A stretch of DNA of 37,499 bases from Aquificota bacterium. GTDB lineage: Bacteria; Thermosulfidibacterota; Thermosulfidibacteria; Thermosulfidibacterales; Thermosulfidibacteraceae. The notes below the pieces were generated by a model, which worked only from the letters and a program-made list of their open reading frames with translations, was not told where the DNA came from and did no database searches. A program made the translations under genes and the position numbers. How positions within the stretch are numbered: position 1 is the stretch's first letter; every line of letters starts with the position of its first letter. Shown in pieces: positions 9,436 through 21,372 of the stretch. The stretch covers positions 1 to 37,499 of the forward strand of contig WGAU01000030.1 of the NCBI GenBank assembly GCA_015494645.1, given 5' to 3'.

Positions 9436-10397
9436 CTGCTCCCTTCAAGGTAAGAGAAGGTCTCAAAAAAGCCTGAACGCTTAATAAGCAACCTACCACA
9501 GGACGGGCAATAGGTGCTGTTGAGCCTGTCATCAGGCACATTTCCCACGTAAACGAACTTCATCCCTTTGGATTCCGCCAAGAATTTGGCACGGATCAGG
9601 GTATCAACAGGAGTTGGGGGCAAGCTTGTCAACTCGTAGTGTGGGTAAAACCTTGTGAAGTGCAGGGGAATATCCAAGCCAACGCTGGCAACAAAGTCGG
9701 TCAGCTCTTCAAGCTCCTCTAAGGAATCATTGTATCCAGGAATGATCAAGTTGGTCACCTCCACATGAACGCCAGATTCATAGGCAAGCTCAATCGTTTC
9801 CATGGTTGCTCTTAAAGAGCCTCCCCTGCAAACATCCCTGTAAAACTCCTCCCTTATGGATTTAAGATCAATATTCATGGCATCCACATAGGGAATCAGA
9901 TCCTCAAGAGGCTTACGGTTTATCTGGCCATTGGTAACAAGAACAATAGGCAATCCTTTAGGCTTAGCTACCTTTGCCACATCCAATAAGTACTCGTACC
10001 ATATGAGAGGCTCGGTGTAGGTAAAACACACACCTTTAGAAGCGTATCTTTTGGCAACCTCCACAAGCTCTTCTGGAGATACGTATTTTGTAGGACAGGA
10101 GTACTGAGAGATTGAGTAGTTTTGACAGTGAAGACAACCAAGATTGCATCCATTGCAAGCTACAGAGATGATATAACTTCCTGGATAAAAGTGGTACAGA
10201 GGTTTTTTCTCTATAGGATCGTTGCTTATGGTAACAAGCTCACCATAGCCTGTGGCAACAAGCTTTCCTCCTTGGTTGCTTCTGATTCTGCAGAAACCAG
10301 AATTGCCATCAGCTATAACACATTCCCTCGGGCATAGCCTACATCTGACCGTGGACTTGTCCAAGGGCTCCCAGTACTTGGCCTCAGGCTTCATCAC
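9396..10397 (-). CDS. amrS: AmmeMemoRadiSam system radical SAM enzyme
   Basis: It has [10 protein letters not shown] radical SAM cysteines and an N-terminal [18 protein letters not shown] Cys cluster, giving a PflA-like fold. It is adjacent to an AMMECR1 gene. Confidence 0.8.
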   Translation of the reverse strand: MMKPEAKYWEPLDKSTVRCRLCPRECVIADGNSGFCRIRSNQGGKLVATGYGELVTISNDPIEKKPLYHFYPGSYIISVACNGCNLGCLHCQNYSISQYSCPTKYVSPEELVEVAKRYASKGVCFTYTEPLIWYEYLLDVAKVAKPKGLPIVLVTNGQINRKPLEDLIPYVDAMNIDLKSIREEFYRDVCRGGSLRATMETIELAYESGVHVEVTNLIIPGYNDSLEELEELTDFVASVGLDIPLHFTRFYPHYELTSLPPTPVDTLIRAKFLAESKGMKFVYVGNVPDDRLNSTYCPSCGRLLIKRSGFFETFSYLEGSRCPSCGTEVYGRF

Positions 10398-10909
10398 TTG
10401 TATCTGTTCACCGTGAACCTATAGACCTTTATAGGCTCCCCGGGTGAGATACCCGCCTTAGCCATGGCTATAGCCAACTGTTGCTCAACCGTTTCCACCC
10501 CTTCCAGATCGGGCAGAAGCAATCCCCTCCTGAACCCGGACTCCACAATGACACCGTACTTTTTGGGGTCAAGCTGAGAAAGATCAGTAACAGGCTCAGG
10601 AGTGGAAAGAACATCCACAGATATATCCAGCTCGCCAAGCTCATCTTCCCTCACCGGAGGGAACCTCGGATCCTCTGTAGCTGCAGCAATGGCGTTTCTT
10701 ATAATTTCCTGAGCCACATTTTCACAGACGGGAAGAAAAGTGCCTATGCATCCCCTCAGCTCTCCCCTTTTTTTAAGTGAAACAAAGGTTCCTGCTCTCT
10801 GCTTCATTTCCGGGATCATAAGCTCCTCTGGAGGGGGATCTATCACCCTTCCGCTCCTTATGTACTCTTCAATGGCCTTTCTTGCCAATTGAACCAAAGG
10901 ATGAGCCAT
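10394..10909 (-). CDS. amrA: AMMECR1-domain protein
   Basis: 171 aa. The motif [10 protein letters not shown]...EDPRFPPV is the AMMECR1 signature. Its stop overlaps the amrS start by 4 nt. Confidence 0.85.
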   Translation of the reverse strand: MAHPLVQLARKAIEEYIRSGRVIDPPPEELMIPEMKQRAGTFVSLKKRGELRGCIGTFLPVCENVAQEIIRNAIAAATEDPRFPPVREDELGELDISVDVLSTPEPVTDLSQLDPKKYGVIVESGFRRGLLLPDLEGVETVEQQLAIAMAKAGISPGEPIKVYRFTVNRYK

Positions 10910-10911
10910 GG

Positions 10912-11889
10912 CTAATACTCCCTCTCCACAAGGAACTCGGCTATACCTATAAGATACTCCTTCTCCTTGGAGTTATCAAAGCCCTTTATAGCCTCAACTG
11001 CTCTCATCCCATGTTCCTTTACCCTCTCTCTGGCTTTTTCCACACCGTTGTACTTGAGGATCACTTCCCTCACATATCCAAAGTCATCATAGGATATAGA
11101 TTCGGCAAGAAGAAGATCCCTGATGTGCCTTTTCTCCTCGGACGTTGCATCCCTAAGAGCATAGATCAAAGGAAGTGTCACCTTGCCTTCTCTGAAGTCA
11201 TTTCCCACAGGCTTTCCCGTCTTTCCAGGATCTCCTACAATATCCAAAATATCATCAGAAATCTGGAAAGCGTAGCCTATTTCTCTGCCGTACCTCCTCA
11301 GAGCCTCCCTGTTACCATTGGAAGCAAGCACAGCCCCCACCTCACAGGAAGCAGCTATCAACGCTGCCGTCTTGCCGTAGATAATAGCGTAGTAATCCTC
11401 TTCAGAAGTATTTATATCAAAGCTTTTCACAAGCTGGTGTATTTCTCCTTCTGCAAGACTTACACACGCCTTAGAAATTATAGCCAATGCTTCCTCCGGC
11501 AGATACTCCGTCATGAGCCAGAAAGATCGGGCAAATAGGAAATCCCCTACAAGAATAGAAGCCTGATTGCCCCAGATCTTTCTGGCGGCAAGCCTGCCCC
11601 TTCTTCTGTCCGACTCATCCACCACATCGTCATGGAGCAAAGTAGCGGTGTGTATATACTCCACAACTGCCCCTGCAACGCAGGCTGCATACCCGTTGTA
11701 CCCGCAGAGCCTTGCCGAAAGAAGCGTCAACATGGGCCTGAATCGCTTACCTCCAGATTCAAGGATGTACCGGGAAAGTTCTGGGATCACTTTTATGGCA
11801 GAGTGCAGATTTTCATTTAGTATTATCTCTACCTGCTTTAGCTCCTCAGCTATATATTCAGCTATCTCTCCGATAACGGACCTTTTCAT
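10912..11889 (-). CDS. ispB: Octaprenyl/long-chain polyprenyl diphosphate synthase
   Basis: Both aspartate motifs are present: [15 protein letters not shown] and FQISDDILD. Confidence 0.85.
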   Translation of the reverse strand: MKRSVIGEIAEYIAEELKQVEIILNENLHSAIKVIPELSRYILESGGKRFRPMLTLLSARLCGYNGYAACVAGAVVEYIHTATLLHDDVVDESDRRRGRLAARKIWGNQASILVGDFLFARSFWLMTEYLPEEALAIISKACVSLAEGEIHQLVKSFDINTSEEDYYAIIYGKTAALIAASCEVGAVLASNGNREALRRYGREIGYAFQISDDILDIVGDPGKTGKPVGNDFREGKVTLPLIYALRDATSEEKRHIRDLLLAESISYDDFGYVREVILKYNGVEKARERVKEHGMRAVEAIKGFDNSKEKEYLIGIAEFLVEREY

Positions 11890-11935
11890 GTTGATGAATC
11901 TTTAAAATATATCTCACCTATTGTAAACAATCCCC

Positions 11936-12667
11936 ATGAACGAGCCGGCCATCTTTCTTGATAGGGTGAGTGTAAATATAGGAAGCAGAACCATCATTGA
12001 AGATGTTTCTCTCTCTATAAAGAGAGGAGAGTTCTGGGGCGTTATCGGCCCCAACGGTGGAGGAAAGACAACTTTGTTAAGAACCATTATTGGGATGGTT
12101 AAGCCTAATAACGGAAAAGTTGAAATTTTTGGAATGAAACCTCAGCAGGCGGTCAAAAAAGGCTTAGTGGGGTACCTACCCCAGCATATAAAGGGAATAA
12201 TCCCTTTAAGCGCATTGGATTTTGTGAGAACAGCAGGCAATCCGAAGTTTGCCGAAGAAGCCCTTGAAACCGTTGGGCTGAAGGACAAAAAGGAGTTACC
12301 CTTTGAAAAACTCTCAGGTGGGGAGAAACAAAGGACGCTAATAGCCGCAGTTCTTTCAAGGAACCCAAAGGTACTACTTCTTGATGAACCCAACACAGGT
12401 ATAGACGTTGTAGCACAGGACAGCTTTTATAATTTACTCAGAAACCTTAAGAATCAGGGGATAACCATTGTTATGGTCTCCCACGATGTGGGAGTTGTTA
12501 CTCAGTTCGTTGACAAGGTGGCGTGCTTGAACAAAAAGCTAAAATACTCAGGAGATCCAAGAAGCGCTTTAGACTGTAATCTGCTAGAAGAATTGTACGG
12601 ATCAAAGGTTGAAGTTCTTGTGCATCATCCGGAGTGTACGGGATGCCATATATACCGGAAATCATAA
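11936..12667 (+). CDS. znuC: ABC transporter ATP-binding protein, Zn/Mn-type (ZnuC-like)
   Basis: Walker A (GPNGGGKTT), the signature LSGGEKQR and Walker B (LLLDEP) are all present. Confidence 0.8.
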   Translation: MNEPAIFLDRVSVNIGSRTIIEDVSLSIKRGEFWGVIGPNGGGKTTLLRTIIGMVKPNNGKVEIFGMKPQQAVKKGLVGYLPQHIKGIIPLSALDFVRTAGNPKFAEEALETVGLKDKKELPFEKLSGGEKQRTLIAAVLSRNPKVLLLDEPNTGIDVVAQDSFYNLLRNLKNQGITIVMVSHDVGVVTQFVDKVACLNKKLKYSGDPRSALDCNLLEELYGSKVEVLVHHPECTGCHIYRKS

Positions 12668-13431
12668 TCCCGCCTGTTCTCTGTGCTTTCATTTTAGGAA
12701 TCGCCATTTCTATTTACTCCTACTTTGTAGTGGTGAAGAGATGGGCTTTTCTGAGTGTTGGGGTATCCCATGCAGCCTTTGGAGGAGTAGCTCTTGGGCT
12801 ACTTATGGGCATTTCACCACAGGTATCTTCAGCCATCTTTGCCATTGCCGCCGCAATAATAATTTCCTTTATAAAGAGACAAGAGAGTTTAAACGAAGAC
12901 GCATCCATCGGTGTGATCTTCTCCACGTTCATGGCAATTGGAGTGATACTTTTCTCCATGGCACAGGAGTATACTTACAATGTGTTTACCTATCTCTTTG
13001 GAAACATGCTTGCCGTTGGCTGGAAAGATTTCATATGGGCTGCTTTGGTAGCAACTGTAAGCATTGCATTTTTTGTAGTCTTTAAAAAGGAACTTATCCT
13101 CATAAGCATAGATGAGGAATTTGCCTATACTTGTGGTGTACCGTCCACAGCTCTTTATTACTCCCTTGTAATACTATTTACCTTCACCGTGGTGGTCTCC
13201 ATCAAACTTTTGGGGGTAATCCTCGTGTCATCTTTGACGGTGATTCCAGCGTCTGTAGGGCTTTTCTTTTCAAGAAGGCTGAATACCATCCTCGCCATTT
13301 CCGTAGTATCCTGTATGTTTATCATGGCTGTAGGATTGATGCTTTCCTTCTTCTTCAATCTACCACCTGGAGCCACCACTGCTGCTGTGGGAGGAATGCT
13401 ATTTTTCGGCTTTCTTCCTTTCAAGAAGTAG
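12634..13431 (+). CDS. znuB: ABC-3 family permease (ZnuB-like)
   Basis: 265 aa and polytopic. It overlaps znuC by 34 nt. No substrate-binding gene is adjacent. Confidence 0.75.
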   Translation: MYGMPYIPEIIIPPVLCAFILGIAISIYSYFVVVKRWAFLSVGVSHAAFGGVALGLLMGISPQVSSAIFAIAAAIIISFIKRQESLNEDASIGVIFSTFMAIGVILFSMAQEYTYNVFTYLFGNMLAVGWKDFIWAALVATVSIAFFVVFKKELILISIDEEFAYTCGVPSTALYYSLVILFTFTVVVSIKLLGVILVSSLTVIPASVGLFFSRRLNTILAISVVSCMFIMAVGLMLSFFFNLPPGATTAAVGGMLFFGFLPFKK

Positions 13432-14685
13432 TGCTTCAAATTTGGGATGGGTAAGCTTTTTAATAATCATATAGTTAGAAAGGTTTAGGTATTTTTCTTT
13501 TTTGCGCTTTAATACAAGCCAAAACCGATCATCCTTTATTTCTCCGACGGACTCTATCTTTTTAGCTATTCTACCAGTGTAAAGAGAAGCACCGTATATT
13601 TTTTCGTCAAGTATATACACCGGTATATCCATCATCATTCCTTTAGCCAAAGGAGCAAAGGATCTTTTGCGAGAATACCACGGGAAAAGAACAAGCACCG
13701 CCGCTGTATATATGACAAACACAAAAACGGACACTTTCTTTATCAAGTCTTCATTATAAAAAACCTCGGAAAATATAACAGCCCACGCCGGAAAGACGCA
13801 AAGTATGTAATGGGGTAATTTTGACTTGGAAAATGAGAAAAAAACCGTGGGAAACAGTATCCAAAGAAAGATGAATCCCCAAAAGGTTTTATCCTCAAAA
13901 AAAAGAGAAAGAATGTTTTTAAATCTGAAAAACAAAATAAATGTCCATGGGGAAAGGCCTACCAAGGTTACCAGAGCAAAATAGTAAAAAGGTTGCTCCC
14001 TTTTGAAAACTCCAGTGGTATATCTCAACACATTCTCCTTCCAGAAAAAGTTGTAACAGTAGCCAGGAGTTTTCGCTTCAAGAAGAAGAAATACTGGAAC
14101 CACAATGATCAGAAACAAAATCATGCCCTTGAAGATATCTTTTAGAGATACTTTCCCTATCCAAACAAGGGGCAAAGAAACAGCAGCCGGTATAACCACC
14201 CCCACAGGCCCCTTGGTCAAAAAGGCCAAAGAGGCAAAGAAAGATGCCCATAAGATTTTGTTCTTCCACACAAAGTAAAGGGTGAGAAATATGAAAAGGG
14301 ATAGAAGCATCTCCATACGGGCAATCCTTGCGTAGGCAAAGGTTATGAGAAAGGACAGGAAATAAAAAGCGGCCAGCTCACCCTGCCACAGAAACAACAC
14401 AAAAGCTAACGCCAAAGCAGAAAAGGCCGAAATAATTCTTAAAGAAAGCTCCCACGAACCAAAAATCTTGTAGCTGACAGCCGCAAGCCAGTAGTAAAGC
14501 GGAGGCTTTTCATATCTGACTCTGCCGTTTATCCTCGGTGGAAGCCAGCTTCCCTCTTCAACGATCTCCCTAACAATCTCGCCGTTACGGGCTTCATCAG
14601 GCTCCACAAGGGGATAACCAGCAAGGTTGACAAAAAGAGGCAGAATAAACAGCAGAAAGAGACAGGTAAAGAGGCTATGCCTCAT
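13399..14685 (-). CDS. GT39/ArnT-family (PMT-like) membrane glycosyltransferase
   Basis: The first periplasmic loop has the [14 protein letters not shown] motif (DEAR..EI, ArnT/PMT family). It has 10 or more TM helices. The ATG at 14685 (MRHSLF) is preferred over the track's TTG at 14703. Confidence 0.7.
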   Translation of the reverse strand: MRHSLFTCLFLLFILPLFVNLAGYPLVEPDEARNGEIVREIVEEGSWLPPRINGRVRYEKPPLYYWLAAVSYKIFGSWELSLRIISAFSALALAFVLFLWQGELAAFYFLSFLITFAYARIARMEMLLSLFIFLTLYFVWKNKILWASFFASLAFLTKGPVGVVIPAAVSLPLVWIGKVSLKDIFKGMILFLIIVVPVFLLLEAKTPGYCYNFFWKENVLRYTTGVFKREQPFYYFALVTLVGLSPWTFILFFRFKNILSLFFEDKTFWGFIFLWILFPTVFFSFSKSKLPHYILCVFPAWAVIFSEVFYNEDLIKKVSVFVFVIYTAAVLVLFPWYSRKRSFAPLAKGMMMDIPVYILDEKIYGASLYTGRIAKKIESVGEIKDDRFWLVLKRKKEKYLNLSNYMIIKKLTHPKFEALLLERKKAEK

Positions 14686-15010
14686 CAGATTCGTTGAGGG
14701 CAACTATCCTTTTAAGGATTATAAAGTCCTGAAGAGGAATCTCCTTAAATTCAACGGCGAAGCCATCCTCTGCCTTTCTGACCACCTCTGCTTTGAGGGT
14801 AACCTCCTCCACCACATTGTCCGATTCCATCAGGTGAAGCTTCAACTCGCAAAGCGCTCCCAAAGGCGGTTTTTTTTCACACTCTATGAAGGCTCCCTTG
14901 ACACTTATGTCTCTGGTTCTTAGATTTGTAGCCTGAAAATCCCGTCCCCTCACGGAAGCCTTAACCCTGAACTTCACCCTCTTGAACCTTCTTCTCTCCC
15001 TTCCCGTCAT
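14675..15010 (-). CDS. Stand-alone PilZ-domain protein, a c-di-GMP receptor candidate
   Basis: 111 aa. The RRFKR...DISVKGAF motifs fit the RxxxR and D/NxSxxG signatures. Its ATG lies 3 nt after the cheR stop. Confidence 0.75.
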   Translation of the reverse strand: MTGRERRRFKRVKFRVKASVRGRDFQATNLRTRDISVKGAFIECEKKPPLGALCELKLHLMESDNVVEEVTLKAEVVRKAEDGFAVEFKEIPLQDFIILKRIVALNESDEA

Positions 15011-15013
15011 GGC

Positions 15014-15799
15014 TCACACCCTCTTATAAACTATGACACCATCCATAACCTCTCTTTTGTAAGGAACCACCAGTCCTAAAAGAGTTTCTGTCTTGGATAT
15101 GAAAAGATAGCCTCCAGACTTGTGTATCTGCGCCAGATTATTGAGAGCCTCTGTACGCTTTTTTGTGTCAAAATATATGAGAAGATTCCTACAAAAAATA
15201 AAATCAAAAATACCCAAACTCTTTAAAAAGGACACATCAAAAACATTGCCCACATAATATTTAACCTTCAGCTTCAGCTCGGTTTTTACTTTATAAGCCC
15301 CGTTGTACTCCTCAAAGTACTTCCTCAAAAGAGCAGGAGGAACCCTCATCACAGACCGGCGGGAGTATATTCCCTTCCTCGCTATATCAATGGCCCTTTT
15401 GTCAACATCCACTCCCACAACGTCAAACCTAAAGGTGCTCCCCATAGACTCTAAAAGCTCCATAACTATACTCAAAGGCTCCTCACCAGTGGAACAGGGA
15501 ATGCTCAAGATCCTTGCTTTCAAAAGCCTTTCCCTTTTGATAAGTTTTGGCAGAAGGGAGATATGCTCTTTTTCTCTGAAAAAGTAGGTTTCGTTAACCG
15601 TTATCACTGATATGAAATCTTCAAAAAAGCGTTGATCTTTAAGTCTTCTCAGAAGATCCTGTTCTGTAAGGTTGTTCCTTAGCAGGAAAAGATCCACCTT
15701 AGAAGCTAATAACCTCATGTTAGACTTATCTGCCACTATGCCCAACCTGTGATATATCATATCAGAAACCGTTCTTAAGGTTTCGGTGCTTACTGCCAT
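15014..15799 (-). CDS. cheR: CheR-type protein-glutamate O-methyltransferase
   Basis: 261 aa. It has an N-terminal helical CheR_N region and a SAM-binding domain. An AAGGAAAGG SD is present. Confidence 0.8.
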   Translation of the reverse strand: MAVSTETLRTVSDMIYHRLGIVADKSNMRLLASKVDLFLLRNNLTEQDLLRRLKDQRFFEDFISVITVNETYFFREKEHISLLPKLIKRERLLKARILSIPCSTGEEPLSIVMELLESMGSTFRFDVVGVDVDKRAIDIARKGIYSRRSVMRVPPALLRKYFEEYNGAYKVKTELKLKVKYYVGNVFDVSFLKSLGIFDFIFCRNLLIYFDTKKRTEALNNLAQIHKSGGYLFISKTETLLGLVVPYKREVMDGVIVYKRV

Positions 15800-15995
15800 A
15801 GCCCCTTTCCTTCAATCTCTCTCTTAACGCTTTTTGCCATCTCTTAGCCCATTCAAAACGCTTAGACAATAGCAAAAACGCCAAAAGGAAAAAGGGAATC
15901 CCTGGTAAAATGGGTAGAATTGCCCCTATTACTCCCAAACCAAAAAGGACTAAGGCTACAACAATTAGAAGAATAGCTTCAAGAGACCTTTTCAA
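15762..15995 (-). CDS. Small DUF454 (YbaN-like) inner-membrane protein
   Basis: [27 protein letters not shown] matches the YbaN core. The start is TTG, with a GAGGGAAAGGA SD upstream. It overlaps both neighbours. Confidence 0.5.
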   Translation of the reverse strand: MKRSLEAILLIVVALVLFGLGVIGAILPILPGIPFFLLAFLLLSKRFEWAKRWQKALRERLKERGYGSKHRNLKNGF

Positions 15996-16890
15996 CGGTC
16001 ATCCTTTCCCTCAGCCTACAGAAGGCACAGGGCGGATACGTGGTAGGATACCCACAGGAAGGACACTCCACAAGCTTCGGTTTCTCTTCATCCACAAAGA
16101 GCTTGTCTTTGACCTTTAAAAACTCCCTGTAAAACCTTATCTTCGTTCCGGGAGAGTTGTACTCAATGGTATTCAAGGCCCTTTTGTAAACAAGAGTGGT
16201 TGCACCCTTAGAATAAGGACACTCATCCGAAAGGAAATTTATTCCTGTAATAAAGGCGTAAACAGCCGTCTCTCTTTCGGTAAGCTCACAAAGTGGTTTA
16301 ACTTTTCTCACAAACTTTCCTTCCTTCGGCAAAACCGGACCCTGTCTGGCCAAATACCCAATACGCCATCCCAAAAGATTGGAAAACAGCACAGCCGTTT
16401 CGTCGTTAAGATTGTGCCCTGTGGCCAACACGTCAAAGCCATTCTCATAGGCGTATTTGTTCATTATATAGCGTTTAACCATACCACAGGCAGCACAAAT
16501 GGTTCTGGTTTCTCTTTGTTTAACATCGTCTATGGAAAAGCCGTATTCTTTCTGAAGATCAAAGACCTCAAGGGGATAACCCCTCTCCTCAGCAAAGCTT
16601 TCCACTATGCCCCTTGCCTTCTGGAAGTGGTTGTTCTCCATTATACCCAAGTCTATGAACAGAGCCGTAACGTTGTAGCCAAGCCTCTTGAGAACGTCCC
16701 ACAGAACCAAGCTGTCTTTGCCACCGGACACAGCCACAAGAACCTTAGAATCCTTGTCAAACATTCTGTACTTCCTCACCACCTCTTTGACTCGCTTGAG
16801 GCAAAATTCCACAATATGTTCATGGCAAAGAGCAATGCCGAAGGACCTGACCCTTATAACAGCTTCCTTTTTACAGAGCTTACACCTCAT
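15979..16890 (-). CDS. ttuA: TtuA/NcsA-type tRNA 2-thiolation PP-loop ATPase (Fe-S dependent)
   Basis: It has an N-terminal Zn finger (CKLCKK...CHEH), the PP-loop SGGKDS, cluster cysteines (CAACG, ECPYS) and a C-terminal Zn finger (CPSCG...CAFC). Confidence 0.8.
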   Translation of the reverse strand: MRCKLCKKEAVIRVRSFGIALCHEHIVEFCLKRVKEVVRKYRMFDKDSKVLVAVSGGKDSLVLWDVLKRLGYNVTALFIDLGIMENNHFQKARGIVESFAEERGYPLEVFDLQKEYGFSIDDVKQRETRTICAACGMVKRYIMNKYAYENGFDVLATGHNLNDETAVLFSNLLGWRIGYLARQGPVLPKEGKFVRKVKPLCELTERETAVYAFITGINFLSDECPYSKGATTLVYKRALNTIEYNSPGTKIRFYREFLKVKDKLFVDEEKPKLVECPSCGYPTTYPPCAFCRLRERMTVEKVS

Positions 16891-17081
16891 CCCCGCGACA
16901 CCACCTCGTGAATTTTTATCTCATCACCATCCATAAGCCATTTATCTTCAGTTATGGGCTTTCCATCCTTAAGCACAACCACATCTTCAGGATTTATGTG
17001 CAGATTGAGCAACAGCCTTTCCAGCTTCACCCTCCTCTCATCAACTTCAAAGATCCTATCCCTAAAAATCACTTTTATCAT
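16887..17081 (-). CDS. ThiS/MoaD-fold small protein (TtuB-like sulfur-carrier candidate) ending in -SRG
   Basis: 64 aa. The pattern MIKVIF...VVLKDGKPI...[13 protein letters not shown] fits the ThiS profile. It has a strong GGTGAGGAGG SD. Its TGA overlaps the ttuA ATG (ATGA). Confidence 0.65.
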   Translation of the reverse strand: MIKVIFRDRIFEVDERRVKLERLLLNLHINPEDVVVLKDGKPITEDKWLMDGDEIKIHEVVSRG

Positions 17082-17991
17082 AACCCCTCCTCACCTTGGC
17101 TCCCTGAAAGGTATCAAGCTCTTCCAAGCGCTTCTTTATACAGTTTATAACCTCCGACTTCCTCAAGCACCAAACTGGAGCCACTAATCTATCCGCAGGC
17201 GCCTCTCCAGTCAACCTTTGAACTACAATATCAGATCTAAGATGCTCAAGAAATGCAACACACACATTAACATACTCATCCATTGTGAAAAGGAATAGCT
17301 CACCTTTGTTGTACATATCCTCGAGGGGAGTGTTCTTCAACACATGGAGACTGTGGATCTTAACTCCATCCACCGGTAGAGCCGATAGAAAACGGGCTGT
17401 TTCCACCATATCATCAAGATCTTCCCCTGGCAGACCGAGAATAACATGGGTACCCACAAGCACACCACGCCTTTTTTTTATCCTCAGAACCGCATCCACA
17501 AAGTGAGAAACTCCATGGCCTCTGTTTATAAGCTTCAATGTCCTGTAATGAGCCGACTGAAGTCCAACCTCCACCCACACCTCGTAAGCTTTTGCAAAGG
17601 ATTCCAGAAGATCCAGAACCTCTTCAGGCAAAAGATCGGGTCTTGTTCCCACCATCAGTCCAACTATGCGGGGATCAATTAATGCTCTCCTGTAAAGCTC
17701 CTCCAACCTTTCAACAGGGGCGTAGGTATTGGAAAAAGCCTGGAAGTAAACCATAAAAAGCTTGGCTTTGTATCTTTTCTCTGCGAATTCTATGCCCCTT
17801 CTTATCTGTTCCTCTATAGGAACATACGACGGAATGACCCCAGATCCTGTGTAATCACAGTAGATACACCCTCCCGGACCGATGCCGTTGATCCTGTGGG
17901 GACATCCCAAACCCAAGTTTACAGGTATCCTCTGAACTCTGACTCCGTACTTTCCCTTAAGATAAGCGTTGAAGGAGTAGTACCTATCCAT
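17062..17991 (-). CDS. TIGR01212-family (YhcC-like) radical SAM protein
   Basis: The N-terminal CPHR...GGCIYCD cluster is present, and the architecture resembles E. coli YhcC. Confidence 0.7.
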   Translation of the reverse strand: MDRYYSFNAYLKGKYGVRVQRIPVNLGLGCPHRINGIGPGGCIYCDYTGSGVIPSYVPIEEQIRRGIEFAEKRYKAKLFMVYFQAFSNTYAPVERLEELYRRALIDPRIVGLMVGTRPDLLPEEVLDLLESFAKAYEVWVEVGLQSAHYRTLKLINRGHGVSHFVDAVLRIKKRRGVLVGTHVILGLPGEDLDDMVETARFLSALPVDGVKIHSLHVLKNTPLEDMYNKGELFLFTMDEYVNVCVAFLEHLRSDIVVQRLTGEAPADRLVAPVWCLRKSEVINCIKKRLEELDTFQGAKVRRGYDKSDF

Positions 17992-18820
17992 AGCGGGAAG
18001 AGAGGCTTAAGAGAAGCATAACCTCCCTCAAGATGGAAGCGCCCACCACAGCAGAATTTCCCGAAGGATCCCTTTCTGGACAGAGTTCCACAACATCTGC
18101 CCCTACAAGGTCAAGCCCCTTTAGAGATGCCAAAAAGTTCACAAGTTCCCTGTAGGAAACACCGCCCGGCTCCGGCGTTCCCACACCGGGACAGAAGGCT
18201 GGATCCAAAACATCCACATCCAAAGAGAGATACACCGGCCTATCGGACACAAGCTTCTTAATGTCATCCACACACGGCAAACTAAAAGGATGGAAGAAAA
18301 GGAATTTTTCCCTACAGTAACCAAATTCCTCCCTAAGGCCCGATCGCACTCCTACCTGACACACATCTACACCCAATTCCCTAACCCTTCTCATAACCGT
18401 GGCGTGGGAGAGCCTTTCCCCAAGATAAGTACCCCGCGCATCGGTGTGGGCATCAATATGTAAAACCACAAGGTTACTGTAAGATCCCGCGTAAGCTTCA
18501 ACAGCCGCAAGGGAAAGAAGGTGCTCTCCTCCGATACTAAGAACCTTTCTTCCCTCGCCCAAAAGCTTCTCAATCTCCTTCTTTATAAGCACCAGTCCCT
18601 TTTCTCTGTTGCCTATGGGAAGCTCAAGATCTCCAAGATCCCCTATGGATTCCTCCTCTATGTCCATATTTAAGTATGGACTGTAGGTTTCTATCCCATC
18701 GGAAACCTTTCTCACCTCAACAGGAGCGAACCTCGTGCCTGGTCTAAAGCTAACCGTTTCCTCAAAGGGAACCCCCAATATCACAACCTTCCCATCAGCC
18801 TTGGTTCCCAGAAACCTCAT
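17984..18820 (-). CDS. speB: Agmatinase (ureohydrolase family)
   Basis: The Mn-binding motifs of the arginase/agmatinase family are present: SIGGEH, DAHTD and SLDVDVLDP. Confidence 0.85.
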   Translation of the reverse strand: MRFLGTKADGKVVILGVPFEETVSFRPGTRFAPVEVRKVSDGIETYSPYLNMDIEEESIGDLGDLELPIGNREKGLVLIKKEIEKLLGEGRKVLSIGGEHLLSLAAVEAYAGSYSNLVVLHIDAHTDARGTYLGERLSHATVMRRVRELGVDVCQVGVRSGLREEFGYCREKFLFFHPFSLPCVDDIKKLVSDRPVYLSLDVDVLDPAFCPGVGTPEPGGVSYRELVNFLASLKGLDLVGADVVELCPERDPSGNSAVVGASILREVMLLLSLSSRYG

Positions 18821-20048
18821 CTTCCCTCTCCACTTTTATCTTCCTTATACGCCTCCTCAAGGTATCCTCCACAGTTATTCTCCAGCCTTTACCGTAGCAA
18901 ACGCTCTCCCCTTTGAAAGGGACCCTGCCGAAGATGTGCATAACAAAACCACCGGCGGTATCCACATCCAAATCTTCAGGAGGCTCCTCTCCCAGAAGTC
19001 CAAGAAAATCTTCCAAAGGACACAATGCATCCACAAGGTAGGTCCCATCTCCCAAAGACTCTATCATTTCCCTTTCCTCGTCGTATTCGTCCCGTATTTC
19101 TCCCACAAGCTCTTCAAGAATGTCCTCCAAGGTAACAAGCCCCTCAACGGCTCCGTATTCGTTCACCACAATGGCCATGTCAATTCTGTTCTGCTGAAAC
19201 TCCCTCAACAGCTCCTGTACCGATTTTGTTTCAGGCACAAAATAGCAAGGTCTTATAAGATCTCTAAGGGCTTTTTCCTTTAACCCTTTAAACACAGGTA
19301 AAACATCTGTAATCTTTATATAACCTATGATATTATCCCTTTCCCCCTCATAAACGGGGATCTTAGAGTATCTGTGCTCTTTTACGAGAGTTTTTAACTT
19401 CTCAGGAGAGATGGATACCTCCACCATAAAGATGTCTGGTTCTGGAACCATTATCTCCCGCACTTGAAGCTCAGTAAACTCAAAGACTCTATATATCATT
19501 CTCCTCTCCTTCTCCTCCAGCTCTCCCCTGCTTTTGGCCTCATCCACGATAACCTTGAAGTCTTCCTCTTTAATTGCCACATCTTCCTTCCCAAAGACTA
19601 CCGTTACAAGATGACTTGCTCCCTCAAGCACCAGCCGCAAAGGAGCAAAAAACGCAGAGAGAAACCACAAAAAGGGAGAGGCTAAATAGGCCCATATACG
19701 ATTGTACCTAACCGCCACCACTTTGGGCAGGAGCTCCCCGTAGATCAGTAGGAAGAAGGTGGTTACAAAAACGGAAATCCCCACCCACTCTTCTCCAAAG
19801 GCATCCATAAATAAAGATGCAGACAGAGCCGAGATGGCCACGTTCACTATTTCGTTTCCCAAAAGCACCGTGGTGAGAAGCCTTTCTCTGTTGCGTAGAA
19901 GGGAAAGCATGATCCTTGAAAAGATGGTATTATCCCTGTCAAGGCTCTTAACTGCCACATCGTCAATAGAAAAGAAAGCTGTCTCAGATCCGGAAAAAAA
20001 GGCGGAAAGGTTGAAAAGCACGAAGAGGGCAATGATCTTAGCCCACAA
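18795..20048 (-). CDS. DUF21-CBS-CorC_HlyC family transporter (TlyC/CNNM-like)
   Basis: It has an N-terminal DUF21 TM domain, tandem CBS domains and a C-terminal CorC/HlyC domain. The start is TTG, with a GGGGGAG SD. Confidence 0.8.
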   Translation of the reverse strand: MWAKIIALFVLFNLSAFFSGSETAFFSIDDVAVKSLDRDNTIFSRIMLSLLRNRERLLTTVLLGNEIVNVAISALSASLFMDAFGEEWVGISVFVTTFFLLIYGELLPKVVAVRYNRIWAYLASPFLWFLSAFFAPLRLVLEGASHLVTVVFGKEDVAIKEEDFKVIVDEAKSRGELEEKERRMIYRVFEFTELQVREIMVPEPDIFMVEVSISPEKLKTLVKEHRYSKIPVYEGERDNIIGYIKITDVLPVFKGLKEKALRDLIRPCYFVPETKSVQELLREFQQNRIDMAIVVNEYGAVEGLVTLEDILEELVGEIRDEYDEEREMIESLGDGTYLVDALCPLEDFLGLLGEEPPEDLDVDTAGGFVMHIFGRVPFKGESVCYGKGWRITVEDTLRRRIRKIKVEREDEVSGNQG

Positions 20049-21372
20049 TGATCTCCCCCTCTGGATACCTTATCCTCTGGGTCTCGGCATCCTCCGCCAT
20101 GGCCACCACAGCGGTAAGGGGACCCACCCTTCCAATGAGCATAATAAGGGAAATGATGAGCTTTGAAACAGGGTGAAGAGAAGGAGTTATGCCTGTGCTC
20201 AGTCCAACCGTTCCAAAGGCGGAAACTACTTCAAAAGCCACCTTGATCAAAGACTGTTTCTCTATCAGCGAAACCACAAAAGTACCTAAACAGACCAAAA
20301 GCAAAGCCAGAAAACCAATGGCCACAGACCTGTGTATGATCTCATCGGAGATTCTGCGCTTGAAGATCACCGCATCTCTCTTGTTACGCACTATGGCTAC
20401 TACACTCAGTAAGATTACCAAAAAAGTGGAAGTCTTTATGCCCCCGCCGGTACCTCCCGGAGACGCACCGATAAACATAAGAATCATCAGAAAGAACCAC
20501 GTGGTCTCTTTAAGAGCGCTTATATCCACGGTGTTGAATCCTGCCGTTCTGGGAGTCACCGACTGAAAGAGGCTGGCCAAGATCTTCCCTTTAAAAGAAA
20601 GGTGAGAAAGCACATTGTTGCTCTCAAGGCCGTAAATCACCACGGTTCCAAGCAAAATCAAGACTGAAGTCATGAAAAGAACCACTCTGGTGTGAAAGGC
20701 CAATACGTAACGCTTGCCCTGCCGTTTGCTCAAAAAATACCTGTAAAGATCGTAAAGCACGGGAAATCCTATGCCTCCAGAAACTATGAGGAAACAAACC
20801 GTCAAGTTAACTACAACGGAGCTTGCAAATCTCGTAAGACTGTCGGAATAGAGGGAAAAGCCCGCATTGCAAAAAGCAGAAATGGAATGAAAGAAGGCCG
20901 AATAAACAGCACTTTCCCAGGACATTCCTCCTGCCAAAAAAGATACAGTCAAAAGCAAAAAGCCAAAGGCTTCTATAACAAAAGTGAAGAGGAATATGTG
21001 GACAAGAAGGCTTCCTAAGGTATCCATATCGTAAAAATTCAACGCATCCTGAAGGATAAGCTTCCCTCTCAAGGACATCCTCACGCCAAAAGCCACGGCG
21101 AAAAAGGCAGACAGGGTCATTATACCCAAGCCCCCAGCCTGTATGAGAAAGAGAACCACAAGCTGACCGAAATGGGTAAGGAAACTGCCCGTATCCACCA
21201 CCACAAGACCCGTTACACAGGTAGCTGAGGTGGCGGTGAAAAGGGCATCCACAAAAGACAAACCCTTCCCATCCACCGTAGCAATGGGAAGCATTAGCAA
21301 AAAGGTTCCAAAGAGTATGGCAAGGACAAAACTACCTATTATGATCCTTGACGGAGATAGACTACCCTCCAT
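20038..21372 (-). CDS. trkH: TrkH/KtrB-family K+ uptake membrane protein
   Basis: 444 aa and polytopic. It carries GLG-type selectivity filter motifs (QAGGLGIM). Confidence 0.85.
   Translation of the reverse strand: MEGSLSPSRIIIGSFVLAILFGTFLLMLPIATVDGKGLSFVDALFTATSATCVTGLVVVDTGSFLTHFGQLVVLFLIQAGGLGIMTLSAFFAVAFGVRMSLRGKLILQDALNFYDMDTLGSLLVHIFLFTFVIEAFGFLLLTVSFLAGGMSWESAVYSAFFHSISAFCNAGFSLYSDSLTRFASSVVVNLTVCFLIVSGGIGFPVLYDLYRYFLSKRQGKRYVLAFHTRVVLFMTSVLILLGTVVIYGLESNNVLSHLSFKGKILASLFQSVTPRTAGFNTVDISALKETTWFFLMILMFIGASPGGTGGGIKTSTFLVILLSVVAIVRNKRDAVIFKRRISDEIIHRSVAIGFLALLLVCLGTFVVSLIEKQSLIKVAFEVVSAFGTVGLSTGITPSLHPVSKLIISLIMLIGRVGPLTAVVAMAEDAETQRIRYPEGEIIVG

Noticed and set aside
11890-11935. Possible Zur/Fur box (TTGTAAACAA) upstream of znuC
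   Set aside because: The sequence is not a true palindrome and shows no convincing match to Zur or Fur consensus. It was not annotated.
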